DNA from: Caldilineaceae bacterium SB0661_bin_32
Lineage (GTDB): Bacteria > Chloroflexota > Anaerolineae > Caldilineales > Caldilineaceae
Length of the DNA: 64,000 nucleotides
Reading direction: 5' to 3'
Assembly: GCA_009841235.1 (NCBI GenBank)
Contig: VXMH01000094.1
Coordinates: forward strand, 3,434 to 67,433
The notes beneath the pieces are model-generated. The model was given only the letters and a program-made list of their open reading frames with translations. It was not told the DNA's origin and searched no databases. The position numbers and the translations under genes were made by a program. Below are positions 9,688-18,657 of this stretch, in pieces (the stretch's first letter is position 1; each line of letters begins with the position of its first letter).

Positions 9688-10160
9688 CGGTTTATGTGTT
9701 CGATAGTGGTCCGCTGATTGATCTTTTCCGCCACTATTATCGCGAACGCTTCCCTTCTCTGTGGGAAAATTTCGATGGGATGATTGAAGACGGTCGCATC
9801 ACTTCGACGCGAGAGGTCAGTAATGAGGTGGAGGGGTACGGTGACGAGTTGGCGGAATGGGCCAAACAGAATCGGAGAAAAGTATTCGTAACGCCAACTG
9901 TTACAGAGTTAGAAGCCGTCAGGGACATATTCAGTGTCGGTCATTTCCAAGAAATGATTCGAAAAAAGGAACGTATGCGAGGAAGGCCGGTCGCAGATCC
10001 TTTCGTCATAGCGCGGGCTCGATGCCTGGATAACGGTTGTGCAGTAACGACCGAAAGACATACGCCCAACGCTCCGAAGATTCCGAATGTGTGCGAATAT
10101 TTCGGGGTCGACTGGACAAATCTTGAAGGATTTATGGAACGTGAGCAGTGGCGCTTCTGA
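9684..10160 (+). CDS. DUF4411 (PIN-like nuclease fold) protein
   Basis: GTG 9684 overlaps the upstream stop (GTGA). VYVFDSGPLIDL..., ADPFVIARA and KIPNVCEYFGV match the DUF4411 pattern as I remember it. Confidence 0.7.
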   Translation: MTVYVFDSGPLIDLFRHYYRERFPSLWENFDGMIEDGRITSTREVSNEVEGYGDELAEWAKQNRRKVFVTPTVTELEAVRDIFSVGHFQEMIRKKERMRGRPVADPFVIARARCLDNGCAVTTERHTPNAPKIPNVCEYFGVDWTNLEGFMEREQWRF

Positions 10161-10216
10161 GATCTGTATCATAGTCAACCTGACATGTCACACCTAAGAA
10201 GCGCCCGCCTCCCATC

Positions 10217-10251
10217 AACTAAAAACTAGAAACTGAAAACTAAGAACTGCT
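10217..10251. repeat. Heptad tandem repeat AACTNNN x5
   Basis: Reads aactaaa|aactaga|aactgaa|aactaag|aactgct. It overlaps the stop codon and last codons of the aldolase gene. Confidence 0.75.
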
Positions 10252-11043
10252 GTACTGACTCCGCACCTCCGCCGTGATCTGGTCCATCGCCAGGATCATG
10301 TAGCCGCAGTCGTCGCCCACCTGCAGCCACTGCACACCGCGTTTCGCCATACCGAGCGCAAAACGCGCGTCGGGCGCCATGCCGGCCCCCACGAACAGAC
10401 CCGCCGCACGCGTGCGGGTGATGATGCTGTCCACCGCCTCGATCACCGTCGGATGCTCCACATCGCCTAGCAGCCCCAACGACGCCGACAAATCCCATGG
10501 CCCCAGCGCGATCGAGTCCAACCCTTCGATGGCCAGGATGTCGTCCAGCGCGTCGAAAGCCTCCGCGTTCTCAATCTGGACGGCCACGAAGATCTCCCGG
10601 TTGGCCCGCTCAGTGTAGGCGTTGCCGCCATCGCGCCCGTAGTTGGCGGGCACGCGCGGCCCATAGCCGCGCTCGCCCAGGGGCGGGTAGCGGCAGCTGT
10701 TCACCACATCCTGCACCTCAGCCGCCGAGCGCACCTGCGGCACGATTATCCCATCTGCGCCCGCGTCCAGCACCGGCTTGATGAAGGGCGTGCCGCTGCC
10801 GGGCACGCGCACCAGCGCCGGTCTGCCGCGCGCCATAGCCGCCAGGAAATGCCCTCCCAGCGCTTCCGCGCTCATCATGCTGTGCTCCAGGTCGATCCAA
10901 AAAAAGTCCACCGAGTCGCCCAGCGCGTCGGTCGCGTGCGGGTCGGTCAGCGTGATCGACGCGCCGATACAGATATCGCCACCCGCCATCTTGGCGCGGA
11001 AGGCTGCTACCGGTGAAGGTTGGGTCTCGTTCGTCATGGTCAC
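10240..11043 (-). CDS. HpcH/HpaI family 2-keto-3-deoxy-acid aldolase
   Basis: FWIDLEHSMMS, PALVRVPG, DAGADGIIVPQV and RYPPLGERGYGP motifs are typical of HpcH/HpaI/RhmA aldolases. Confidence 0.85.
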   Translation of the reverse strand: MTMTNETQPSPVAAFRAKMAGGDICIGASITLTDPHATDALGDSVDFFWIDLEHSMMSAEALGGHFLAAMARGRPALVRVPGSGTPFIKPVLDAGADGIIVPQVRSAAEVQDVVNSCRYPPLGERGYGPRVPANYGRDGGNAYTERANREIFVAVQIENAEAFDALDDILAIEGLDSIALGPWDLSASLGLLGDVEHPTVIEAVDSIITRTRAAGLFVGAGMAPDARFALGMAKRGVQWLQVGDDCGYMILAMDQITAEVRSQYSSS

Positions 11044-11140
11044 CTGCGTTCGAAGTTGTGGTTGGGTTACACGCCGGCCGCGGCGCGCTTTGCAGGTGCA
11101 GTGTTTACCAATTCAGACAAAAAGACAAACTGGAACTGCT

Positions 11141-11175
11141 GAGGAGAGAGTCAAGAGGAGAGAGAAGTGAGAGAA
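11141..11175 (+). repeat. GA-rich intergenic repeat, copy 3
   Basis: GAGGAGAGAGTCAAGAGGAGAGAGAAGTGAGAGAA matches the reverse complement of 51181-51215 at 33 of 35 positions (my ungapped alignment). Confidence 0.8.
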
Positions 11176-11254
11176 CACCATATATTACCATCCGTCCGCC
11201 GTCCCGTGATATGATTTCCCGCACCGGCAAGCGGTGTGGACTTGGAGAGGCGTT

Positions 11255-12511
11255 ATGATCACCTCAATTCGACTCGTCAATTTCAAGAACTTCGCCGACG
11301 AGACGCTGCGCGTCGGCCCGTTCACCGTTATCGTCGGCGCCAACGCCAGCGGCAAGAGCAACATCCGCGACGCGTTCCGCTTTCTGCACGGGATCGGCCG
11401 CGGCTATACGCTGGCCGACATCATCGGCGGGAAACACGGCGGCGGCCAGATCGAGTGGTCCGGTATACGCGGCGCGATGAATGAGATTATTCGCTTCGGT
11501 CAGCCTTCGTTTTCGCTTCAGGTCGAAGAGAAGGACATTGTTTATACAATCGAGGTTGGCAGAAATGAAACCGAAGACGCCGCATTCCGGGTCAATAGGG
11601 AAAAACTCAAGACCCAACTGGGGACCATCTTTACAAGTAATTCGGTCGGCGGCAAACCTGTTCATACACAAGGCGACATCTTGTACCTGTTCTTACGCAA
11701 AGAGAGGAATTCTGAAGAGCAGGGTAACATTTCTTGTGTCGAAGGAAGACCAAACCAGCCAGGTCTGACCCAAATTCAAGGACAAAACATGTCTCCGTGG
11801 GTGCAAGAGCATTTCGCCGAAAGACTCAAGAAAGTCCTGGCCAACATGCGTTTTCTGGATCTGGCGCCGCATCAGTTGCGGCAACCCGCCTTCCCCGGCC
11901 AACTCGCCCTAGGTGACAGCGGAGAAAACCTGCCGACAGTGCTGCGAGCAATCTGCGATGACCCGCAGCGCAAGGAGACGCTGGTCGAATGGATACGTGA
12001 GTTGACGCCTATGGATGTGCGGGACTTCGAGTTTCCGACCGACCCATCCGGCAGGGTGCATCTCGTCTTTCTGGAAGCGAACGACAGAAGAGTGTCTGCC
12101 TACGCCGCGTCGGACGGCACCCTTCGATTCCTGGCCATGCTGGCTGTGCTGCTGGGACCGGATCCCAATGGTCTTTACTTTTTTGAGGAGATCGACAACG
12201 GTATCCATCCCGCTCGACAGTGGCTACTGTTGGAACTGATCGAAAAGCAGACCGCCAAGCAGGGGATTCAGGTCATCACCACCACCCATTCGCCGGACCT
12301 GTTGACGATGATGAACGACGAGACGTTCCAAAACACCTCCGTAGTCTGCCGCCTTGAAGATGCGGACGACGCCATCATTCGCCCTGTTGCAGAACTGCCG
12401 CGCGCAGGTGAGTTGCGAAAGTCCCAAGGGTTGGGGCGGCTCCTGACTGGCGGTTGGCTGGAGACCGTGCTCGCCTTTACCGAAGGGGACCCCGTTGAGG
12501 GAGGGCAGTGA
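11255..12511 (+). CDS. AAA/ABC-like ATPase (AAA_21 / COG4637-like, SMC-type)
   Basis: Walker A GANASGKSN, signature-like SDGTLRFLAML, Walker B LYFFEEIDNGIHP and TTTHSP. ATG 11255 follows GGAGAGG, and TG-n-TATGAT (11207-11215) lies upstream. Confidence 0.8.
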   Translation: MITSIRLVNFKNFADETLRVGPFTVIVGANASGKSNIRDAFRFLHGIGRGYTLADIIGGKHGGGQIEWSGIRGAMNEIIRFGQPSFSLQVEEKDIVYTIEVGRNETEDAAFRVNREKLKTQLGTIFTSNSVGGKPVHTQGDILYLFLRKERNSEEQGNISCVEGRPNQPGLTQIQGQNMSPWVQEHFAERLKKVLANMRFLDLAPHQLRQPAFPGQLALGDSGENLPTVLRAICDDPQRKETLVEWIRELTPMDVRDFEFPTDPSGRVHLVFLEANDRRVSAYAASDGTLRFLAMLAVLLGPDPNGLYFFEEIDNGIHPARQWLLLELIEKQTAKQGIQVITTTHSPDLLTMMNDETFQNTSVVCRLEDADDAIIRPVAELPRAGELRKSQGLGRLLTGGWLETVLAFTEGDPVEGGQ

Positions 12512-12615
12512 ACGTCCTCATCATCTCCGAAGATTTTCGCAAGGATCAATATATACTGAAGCCGATTTTCGAGCGGCTTTTCCGCTCCATCGGCAGGCGC
12601 GCAGAAATGCCCTGA
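12508..12615 (+). pseudogene. 35-codon stub of the ATPase partner gene (possible Toprim/DUF4276/DUF4435-like N-terminus)
   Basis: GTG 12508 overlaps the ATPase stop (GTGA). It translates to VNVLIISEDFRKDQYILKPIFERLFRSIGRRAEMP and stops at 12613-12615. The hydrophobic-strand-acidic pattern resembles Toprim-type N-termini, but homology is not demonstrable by eye. Confidence 0.3.
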
Positions 12616-12729
12616 GGACTTTGATCACCTTGCCCTGCGTCTCTCAGAAGTTAGTGGATAGCATTTCCCAACAAATTATCGATACAGCAAATCTTACCGA
12701 CACTACACATACCGCACCAGGAGCACCCA

Positions 12730-13743
12730 ATGCCCGAACCCTCCATCAAAACGACCGTCGTCGGCAGCTATCCGCTTCCGGCCTGGCTGGCGGCCTATCC
12801 ATCCGTCCCCAATCTGCGCGACGCCATTCTCGTCGTCCTCAAGACGCAGGAGCTCGCCGGGCTGGACGTCATCTCCGACGGCGAACTGACACGCTTCGAT
12901 GTCAACCATCCTGAGACGAACGGGATGATCGAATACTTCGTGCAGCCGATGTCCGGCATCTCCAGCCAGATGGGCCGCAAGGACGTGGACGATTTCCGCG
13001 CCCAGCAGGGCATGGGCTTCCGCACGCAGCCGGCCGCCGTGGTCGAAGGCCCGATCGGCGAAGGTGAGCTGGACCTGCCTTCAAGCTGGCAGATGGTGAA
13101 GGAGTTGACCGCCAGTCCGCTCAAGTTCACCGTGACCGCGCCCTACATGCTGGCGAAAACGCTGCTGGACCGCCACTACAGCGACCTGCCCAGCCTGACA
13201 ATGGCCATCGCCGAAGTGTTGCGCCATCAGGTCGAGGCGATCGACGCGCCCGTCCTTCAGGTGGATGAGGCCAACCTGACCGGCAACCCAGAAGACGCTG
13301 TCTGGGCGCACGAGCCGATCAATCACGTGCTCGATGGCGCCCGCGGCGAACGCGCGCTGCACCTCTGCTTCGGCAACTACGGCGGCCAGAGCATCCAGAG
13401 CGGCTTCTGGGCCAGCCTGCTCGGCTTCCTCAACAACCTGCACGTGGACCACCTCGTGCTTGAGTTCGCCCGCCGCGGCTATGATGAGTTGGAGGTCTTC
13501 ACCGACCTGCGTGAGGGTATCGCCTTGGGGATCGGCGTCGTCGATATCAAAGACAACGAAGTGGAAAGCCCCGACGTGATCGCAGGGCGCATTCAGCACG
13601 CGGTCGACCTGCTGGGTGAGGAGCGGGTCAAGTGGATTCACCCCGACTGCGGCTTCTGGATGCTGCCGCGCTCGGTCGCCGACCGCAAGATGCAGACGCT
13701 GGTGGCAGGGCGGGATCTTTTTCTGGGGAAAACGGCTGGGTAA
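12730..13743 (+). CDS. Cobalamin-independent methionine synthase (MetE C-terminal domain)-like protein
   Basis: RBS AGGAG. The N-terminus TTVVGSYPLPAWL and the length (337 aa) are typical of the MetE-C/archaeal-type family. Confidence 0.75.
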   Translation: MPEPSIKTTVVGSYPLPAWLAAYPSVPNLRDAILVVLKTQELAGLDVISDGELTRFDVNHPETNGMIEYFVQPMSGISSQMGRKDVDDFRAQQGMGFRTQPAAVVEGPIGEGELDLPSSWQMVKELTASPLKFTVTAPYMLAKTLLDRHYSDLPSLTMAIAEVLRHQVEAIDAPVLQVDEANLTGNPEDAVWAHEPINHVLDGARGERALHLCFGNYGGQSIQSGFWASLLGFLNNLHVDHLVLEFARRGYDELEVFTDLREGIALGIGVVDIKDNEVESPDVIAGRIQHAVDLLGEERVKWIHPDCGFWMLPRSVADRKMQTLVAGRDLFLGKTAG

Positions 13744-13752
13744 GCGGTACGC

Positions 13753-14952
13753 CTAATTCAAAACTGTTATCTGGCAATCGTCCCTGTCCAGCGCCTCCGG
13801 CTTCAATGCCACGCCCAGCCCCGGTCTCTGGGGTGCCTGCATCCGCCCATTTTCCACCACAAATGGATGATCGACCAGCTCCAGATAGAACCCCAGCGTA
13901 AACGCCCGCACGATCTCCTGCATCCACGTATTGGTGGCGTGGGCGGCCAGGTGGAGGGAGGCCGCCAGCGTTACCGGGCCGGTGCAGTCGTGGAAGATCA
14001 CGCCCATGTTGTTGGTCTCGGCCATGTCCGCCGTTTTACGGCATTCGGTGATGCCGCCCGCCCAGGTCACATCCGTCATCACCACGTCGCAGGCATCGGC
14101 GCGCAGCATCTCCTCGACCGCGTAGCGATTCATGAGCAGTTCGGACGCACAGATGGGCGTGCGCGTCGAACTGCGCAGCTTCGCAAGCGTGCGCGGGTTG
14201 TCAGGCTTCATCAGGTCCTCGAGCAGCACCGGCTTGTAGGGTTCGAGAGCCTCCGCGATGCGGCGGGCGGGCTGGAGAGCCCAATAGCCGTGCCCCTCCA
14301 GGATGATATCCATATCCAGGCCCACCGTGTCGCGGACCTGCTTCCACGGCTGCAATCCTTCGTCGATCTCCGCGAACGAGATCGTCTGTCCGTGATTGGC
14401 GAGGGCGAAGCGATCAAAGGGCCAGATCTTCATGGCGCGGATGCCCATATCGAGGAGCGAGCGGGCAAGTTCGCCGGCATCGCCGCCGGGCTGCCAGGCC
14501 TCAAAGTCCTGATAAGTGCCGGGTGCAGCGGTGCTCACCTTGCGGGATATATCCGGTGGTTTCTGCCCGTAACCCGCGGAGGCGCAGGTGTTGTAGACCG
14601 GCACGCCCTCCGGATTGCTCGTCCCGCCCAGAAGCTGCCAGATCGGTCGGCCCAGCTCCTGCCCCAGAATATCCCAGAGCGCCACGTCCACCGCCGAGAG
14701 GCAGCGCATCTCCAGCCCCTTATTGCCGTAGATGTGGGAGTTCTCGTAGGCCCGGCGCCAGAACGCTTCGATCTGGCGCGGGTCGCTCTCCAGCAGCAGC
14801 GGCGTCAATACCTCACCGATATAAGCCGTCACAGACCGGGGCGTGTAGTAGGTCTCTCCCAGGCCGACGATCCCGCTGTCCGTCGTCAGTTCCAGGAAGG
14901 TAATGTTAGCGAAGGGAGCGAAGTGGATGGTTCGAACGCCGGTGATCTTCAC
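13753..14952 (-). CDS. Enolase superfamily enzyme (mandelate racemase/muconate lactonizing family, sugar-acid dehydratase-like)
   Basis: GTG 14952 follows AGAGG. N-terminus VKITGVRTIHF...LELTTDSGIVGLGE is characteristic of the family. The longer ORF to 15027 lacks an RBS. Confidence 0.85.
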   Translation of the reverse strand: MKITGVRTIHFAPFANITFLELTTDSGIVGLGETYYTPRSVTAYIGEVLTPLLLESDPRQIEAFWRRAYENSHIYGNKGLEMRCLSAVDVALWDILGQELGRPIWQLLGGTSNPEGVPVYNTCASAGYGQKPPDISRKVSTAAPGTYQDFEAWQPGGDAGELARSLLDMGIRAMKIWPFDRFALANHGQTISFAEIDEGLQPWKQVRDTVGLDMDIILEGHGYWALQPARRIAEALEPYKPVLLEDLMKPDNPRTLAKLRSSTRTPICASELLMNRYAVEEMLRADACDVVMTDVTWAGGITECRKTADMAETNNMGVIFHDCTGPVTLAASLHLAAHATNTWMQEIVRAFTLGFYLELVDHPFVVENGRMQAPQRPGLGVALKPEALDRDDCQITVLN

Positions 14953-15062
14953 GATAGACCTCTGCAGGAAGATGGTGGACCAGCACAGGGCAAGCGCTTC
15001 AGGGAGAACTATACAGCAGTTGAGCAACTTGCAAAAGGGCTATCCGGACCGTGAAAAACGGT

Positions 15063-15089
15063 TTGACAAAGGTGGGCCTTGGATATAAT
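15063..15089 (+). promoter_or_regulatory. Sigma70-like promoter upstream of PhyH gene
   Basis: TTGACA (15063-15068), 15-nt spacer and TATAAT (15084-15089). TAATAA at 17-nt spacing is an alternative -10. Confidence 0.4.
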
Positions 15090-15244
15090 AATATGTGGAC
15101 AGAGACACGGTGTAGCGGGGCATGGATCGCTGCGTCGTGCCAAGAGCTGTGTTCCTTGGCGCAGGCATAGATGTCGCACCGGAAGCGGCGTCTGCGCCGG
15201 CGGAGCATGGTGATGATCTCCACAAAGCCTCAACGAGTTTCCCT

Positions 15245-16129
15245 ATGACCTACACAGATATCCAGAAACCCGCGCTTTCGTACCGCTATGAATTCGGCCT
15301 CGATGACCTGGAAGCTGCCCAGGCATGTGTCGACGCCCATGGGTTTGCCGTGGTCAAGCAGGTACTGTCCGAGGAGTTGGTCAAGGAGCTTCAGGAAGCG
15401 GTTCTACAGGTCATTGACCCGGACGGGACATTGGGCCCCGGTGAGAGCTACACTCACACTACTTTTGTCGAACACGCCCCTGCACTGTGGAAACTGCTCG
15501 ACTATGAGCCCTATCTGCGGGTCCAGCGGCTCTTCTGCCAGGCGGACGAGCTGACCATCCACCGCTCAGCCGCGATTCTTCGCAATCCCGGTTCCTCTCC
15601 GCTCACGTGGCACTCTGACTGGCATGGCTTCAGTCAAGGCCCCCCGCAAAACGCCGGCGATGTCCTGAACCGGGGGCACTGGCCCTCGGGCCGCTGGTTC
15701 TACCTCACAGGCTCCTACCCTGAACACGGCGGCCTCGCCGTGATTGAAGATTCCCACGTGGAGGATTGGGCGGGGCCGGAAGGCTTTACGCTGACCCCGG
15801 ACCGGGGCTCATTTCACCGGCAGGGAAGTGAGCCCAAAGGCTATGTCGGCTTCGACGTGCCGGGTACTGTGCCCCTGTTCACGGAGCCGGGCGATCAGAT
15901 CATCTTCGCCGCTCGCACCTACCACGCCGCTTTCCCCAACCAGACCGACCAGGCGCGGCTTTCCTGCGGCCTCGGTCTCCGCCCGCGCAGCTACCGCATA
16001 GAGGCGCCTTGGCCGCTCCCTGAGTCGGCGCAGGCGTTCATCAAGGCTCTGCCTGCACGGCATCAGCACTTTGTAGAAAACTATGTCGGTATCGATACGG
16101 AATGGCGCGGTCAGGAGATGACCGCATGA
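15245..16129 (+). CDS. Phytanoyl-CoA dioxygenase (PhyH) family Fe(II)/2OG oxygenase
   Basis: ATG 15245. HxD motif in LTWHSDWHG, and a distal His in ARTYHAAFPN. Confidence 0.8.
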   Translation: MTYTDIQKPALSYRYEFGLDDLEAAQACVDAHGFAVVKQVLSEELVKELQEAVLQVIDPDGTLGPGESYTHTTFVEHAPALWKLLDYEPYLRVQRLFCQADELTIHRSAAILRNPGSSPLTWHSDWHGFSQGPPQNAGDVLNRGHWPSGRWFYLTGSYPEHGGLAVIEDSHVEDWAGPEGFTLTPDRGSFHRQGSEPKGYVGFDVPGTVPLFTEPGDQIIFAARTYHAAFPNQTDQARLSCGLGLRPRSYRIEAPWPLPESAQAFIKALPARHQHFVENYVGIDTEWRGQEMTA

Positions 16130-16277
16130 GTAAGGCAGGACAGTTTCACGACAGCGACTTACGTCGACTTAGGACCGTTGGCGCCCGGCCCCTTGGATGC
16201 ACTTGACGAGAGTACCTGTTGTTGCATGCGCTTCGATCGCTATCAGATCATTCCATCAGTTCAAAGGAGAAGAGAAC

Positions 16278-17681
16278 ATGAAACCGAACAACCTGAGTCG
16301 ACGTGACTTCTTGAAGCTGTCTGCCGTCACCGGCACGGGAGCCCTTCTGGCTGCCTGTGCTATGCCGGCGGCGCCGGCGGGAGAGGGCGGAGCAGCAGCG
16401 CCCCCGGCAGTAACGACAACGATTGACTTCTGGGATTTCCCGTACTACTCATCGGCTCTTGGCGAGCCCGGTTCCTGGCAGTGGGAGCGGGCGAACGCCT
16501 TTATGGAAGAGAACCCAAGTATTGAGGTTGAGGTGCTTCCCCTGACGTGGGAGCAGGGCAGCAAGGTGACAACGGCCCTCGCGGCCGGTTCGCCCCCGGA
16601 TGTTGTCGGCGGCGGCTGGATCCAGCTTGCCCTTTCGGCATTAGAGGTGGGACTGGCTCTGGACCTCACCGATTCGCTGGAAGAGCAGTTGTCCAGTGAT
16701 ATGGTCGAGGGAATGCTCGAACAATGCTCAATTGAAGGCAGGGTGTACATGTTGCCGTACTGGCCGGTCTGCCAGTCCGGCGTTGTCTACCTTGATGGCG
16801 TCGAGGAAGCGGGCGCGATGGATACCGCCCCCCAGGCGCCATGCTACGGGTGGAACATTGACCAGTTTAATGGCTGGCTTGAGGCTGTACGGGGCACCCG
16901 ACCGGACGGCAGCGAGCGCTACGGACTCGGCATCCCATCCGCCCATTCCACGCCGGCTTTTCATTGGGTGACACTCCTCTATTTCCGCTGCTTCGGCGCC
17001 CACTTCTGGACCGATGAGACGGAATCGTGCGTCGACATGGCTTCGCCGGAGGCGATCAAATGCCTTGCATGGATGCAGGAGCTGGCCGCAAACGACCTGA
17101 TTCCCGATCCGGCAGGGTACACCGGCGACGATAACAACGCCCTCATCGACCAGGGCAACGTCCTCATGCAGGTTGGCAACGTGGTACCCGGGGGAGCGCG
17201 CCGGGAGGGGATGGAGCTGGACACCGAGACCCTGGTCGTCACCGATACCGAAAACGAGCGCAAATGGCGCTTCATCCAGTATCCACACGATGACCCACAT
17301 CCCGCCATCGCCTGGGGCGGCGCAAACTACTCCGGTCTGGTGCCCTTCAAGCCCGAGGACCCTGCTGATACGCCAGGACTGTTGAAGTTCCTCCACTGGA
17401 TGACCAACACGGAAAGCGAAGAATGGCTGGTCAAGTCGGCGGGAATGCTGCCGTTCCGCAAATCCATTCTGGAAGAAGTCGCCGACGATCCCCTCGTGGT
17501 CTATACATCCGAATGTCTGATGCCGAACGCATGGTTCGATGCCAAGCGCAGTACCGAGACCATCGTGGTGCGCTCGATCTTTGAGGAACATTTCCAGGGC
17601 GCCTTCTCCGGCATGAGCGCGGAACAGGTGATGCAGGAGATGACCGACGACATCAACACGGCGCTCGAGAGCTGTGCGTAG
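16278..17681 (+). CDS. Extracellular solute-binding protein, sugar ABC transporter
   Basis: ATG 16278 follows AAGGAGAAG. Has the TAT/lipoprotein signal SRRDFLKLSAVTGTGALLAAC and is followed by two permease genes. Confidence 0.85.
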   Translation: MKPNNLSRRDFLKLSAVTGTGALLAACAMPAAPAGEGGAAAPPAVTTTIDFWDFPYYSSALGEPGSWQWERANAFMEENPSIEVEVLPLTWEQGSKVTTALAAGSPPDVVGGGWIQLALSALEVGLALDLTDSLEEQLSSDMVEGMLEQCSIEGRVYMLPYWPVCQSGVVYLDGVEEAGAMDTAPQAPCYGWNIDQFNGWLEAVRGTRPDGSERYGLGIPSAHSTPAFHWVTLLYFRCFGAHFWTDETESCVDMASPEAIKCLAWMQELAANDLIPDPAGYTGDDNNALIDQGNVLMQVGNVVPGGARREGMELDTETLVVTDTENERKWRFIQYPHDDPHPAIAWGGANYSGLVPFKPEDPADTPGLLKFLHWMTNTESEEWLVKSAGMLPFRKSILEEVADDPLVVYTSECLMPNAWFDAKRSTETIVVRSIFEEHFQGAFSGMSAEQVMQEMTDDINTALESCA

Positions 17682-17702
17682 AACCCCACCATGGATAAAG
17701 CT

Positions 17703-17735
17703 GGTCTCCCGCGACGACACGGCTCGCGGGAGACC
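17703..17735 (+). promoter_or_regulatory. Intercistronic stem-loop after SBP gene
   Basis: 12-bp perfect stem GGTCTCCCGCGA / TCGCGGGAGACC with a 9-nt loop, 22 nt after the SBP stop. Confidence 0.6.
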
Positions 17736-17764
17736 CTTTCAGACTCCCAAAAGCGGTGACAGCC

Positions 17765-18640
17765 ATGAACTATGCCAAGCGTGAGGAGATGTGGGGCTAC
17801 ATCTTCGTCACACCCTTCCTGGTTCTGTTCCTGGTCTTTGTGCTGGTGCCTACGATCATGTCCGTCGTGATGGCCGCGCTCGAATGGTACGATCGAAAGC
17901 CGGTCTGGGTTGGTATGGACAACATTGACCACGTCCTGAACGACAAGCGTTTCTGGCAATCTGTACGCAACACGTTAACCTACGTGGGGATGTTCACATT
18001 CGCTGCTGTCGCCCTGGCGCTTGCGGTGGCGATCCGGATCACCAAGTTCCGCAATCAGGGCATGCGCCAGGGCCTGCAAAGCGCGTTCTATCTGCCCAGT
18101 GTGGTTTCGCTCGTCGCTGTAGCGGTCGTCTGGCGCTACATCTTCAACAACCAGTTCGGGCTGATTAATTACCTGTTGAGTGTGGTCGGAATCGAACCTG
18201 TCAACTGGCTGGGGAATCCGCAGACAGCCCTGCCGTCCCTTGTCTTTATGGACCTGGTGACCGGGCTGGGCGTTGGCATTATAATCTTCGTGGCTGCAGT
18301 TCTCGGGCTGCCATCCGAGTTGTTCGATGCAGCCCACATTGACGGCGCCACCGGGTGGTTGGAAACGATATACATCACCATCCCCCTGTTGACCCCGAGC
18401 ATCCTCTATGTGGCGGTCACGACAACGATCGTGGCAATGCAGCTCTTCGTCTCCGTCTTTTTCCTCACCAAGGGCGGGCCGGTGGGCTCCACGTTGACAC
18501 TCGCCTTCCTGACCTACCGTTACGCTTTTGTCTTTCTGAAGGTTGGTTACGCATCGGCGGCCGGATTGGCGCTTCTTCTGCTCACCCTGGCACTGGCGGT
18601 GGTCCTCTTCCGCTGGTTCCGGTCGGTGGTGGAATACTAA
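17765..18640 (+). CDS. Carbohydrate ABC transporter permease (MalF-type)
   Basis: Polytopic ORF with EAA loop LFDAAHIDGATGWLETIYITIPLLTP. The start is ATG 17765 or GTG 17756. Confidence 0.9.
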   Translation: MNYAKREEMWGYIFVTPFLVLFLVFVLVPTIMSVVMAALEWYDRKPVWVGMDNIDHVLNDKRFWQSVRNTLTYVGMFTFAAVALALAVAIRITKFRNQGMRQGLQSAFYLPSVVSLVAVAVVWRYIFNNQFGLINYLLSVVGIEPVNWLGNPQTALPSLVFMDLVTGLGVGIIIFVAAVLGLPSELFDAAHIDGATGWLETIYITIPLLTPSILYVAVTTTIVAMQLFVSVFFLTKGGPVGSTLTLAFLTYRYAFVFLKVGYASAAGLALLLLTLALAVVLFRWFRSVVEY

Positions 18641-18657
18641 AGGAGCCCGGGCGCGCC

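Noticed and set aside
12495-12914. 139-aa ORF spanning the ATPase end, the intergenic region and the start of the MetE-like gene.
   Set aside because: It is out of frame with both real genes, has an Arg-rich low-complexity translation, and overlaps the well-supported MetE-like start (RBS AGGAG, canonical N-terminus).
18355-18657. N-terminal extensions of several track ORFs. Examples: 18355.., 1324.., 7251.., 15122.., 16197.., 29443..31341, 31579..33222, 36872.., 40330.., 42832.., 43873.., 46098..47639, 53493..54038.
   Set aside because: The extensions overlap upstream genes or intergenic repeats and hairpins and lack an RBS. Internal starts are preceded by good Shine-Dalgarno sequences and give canonical N-termini (signal peptides, Rossmann motifs).
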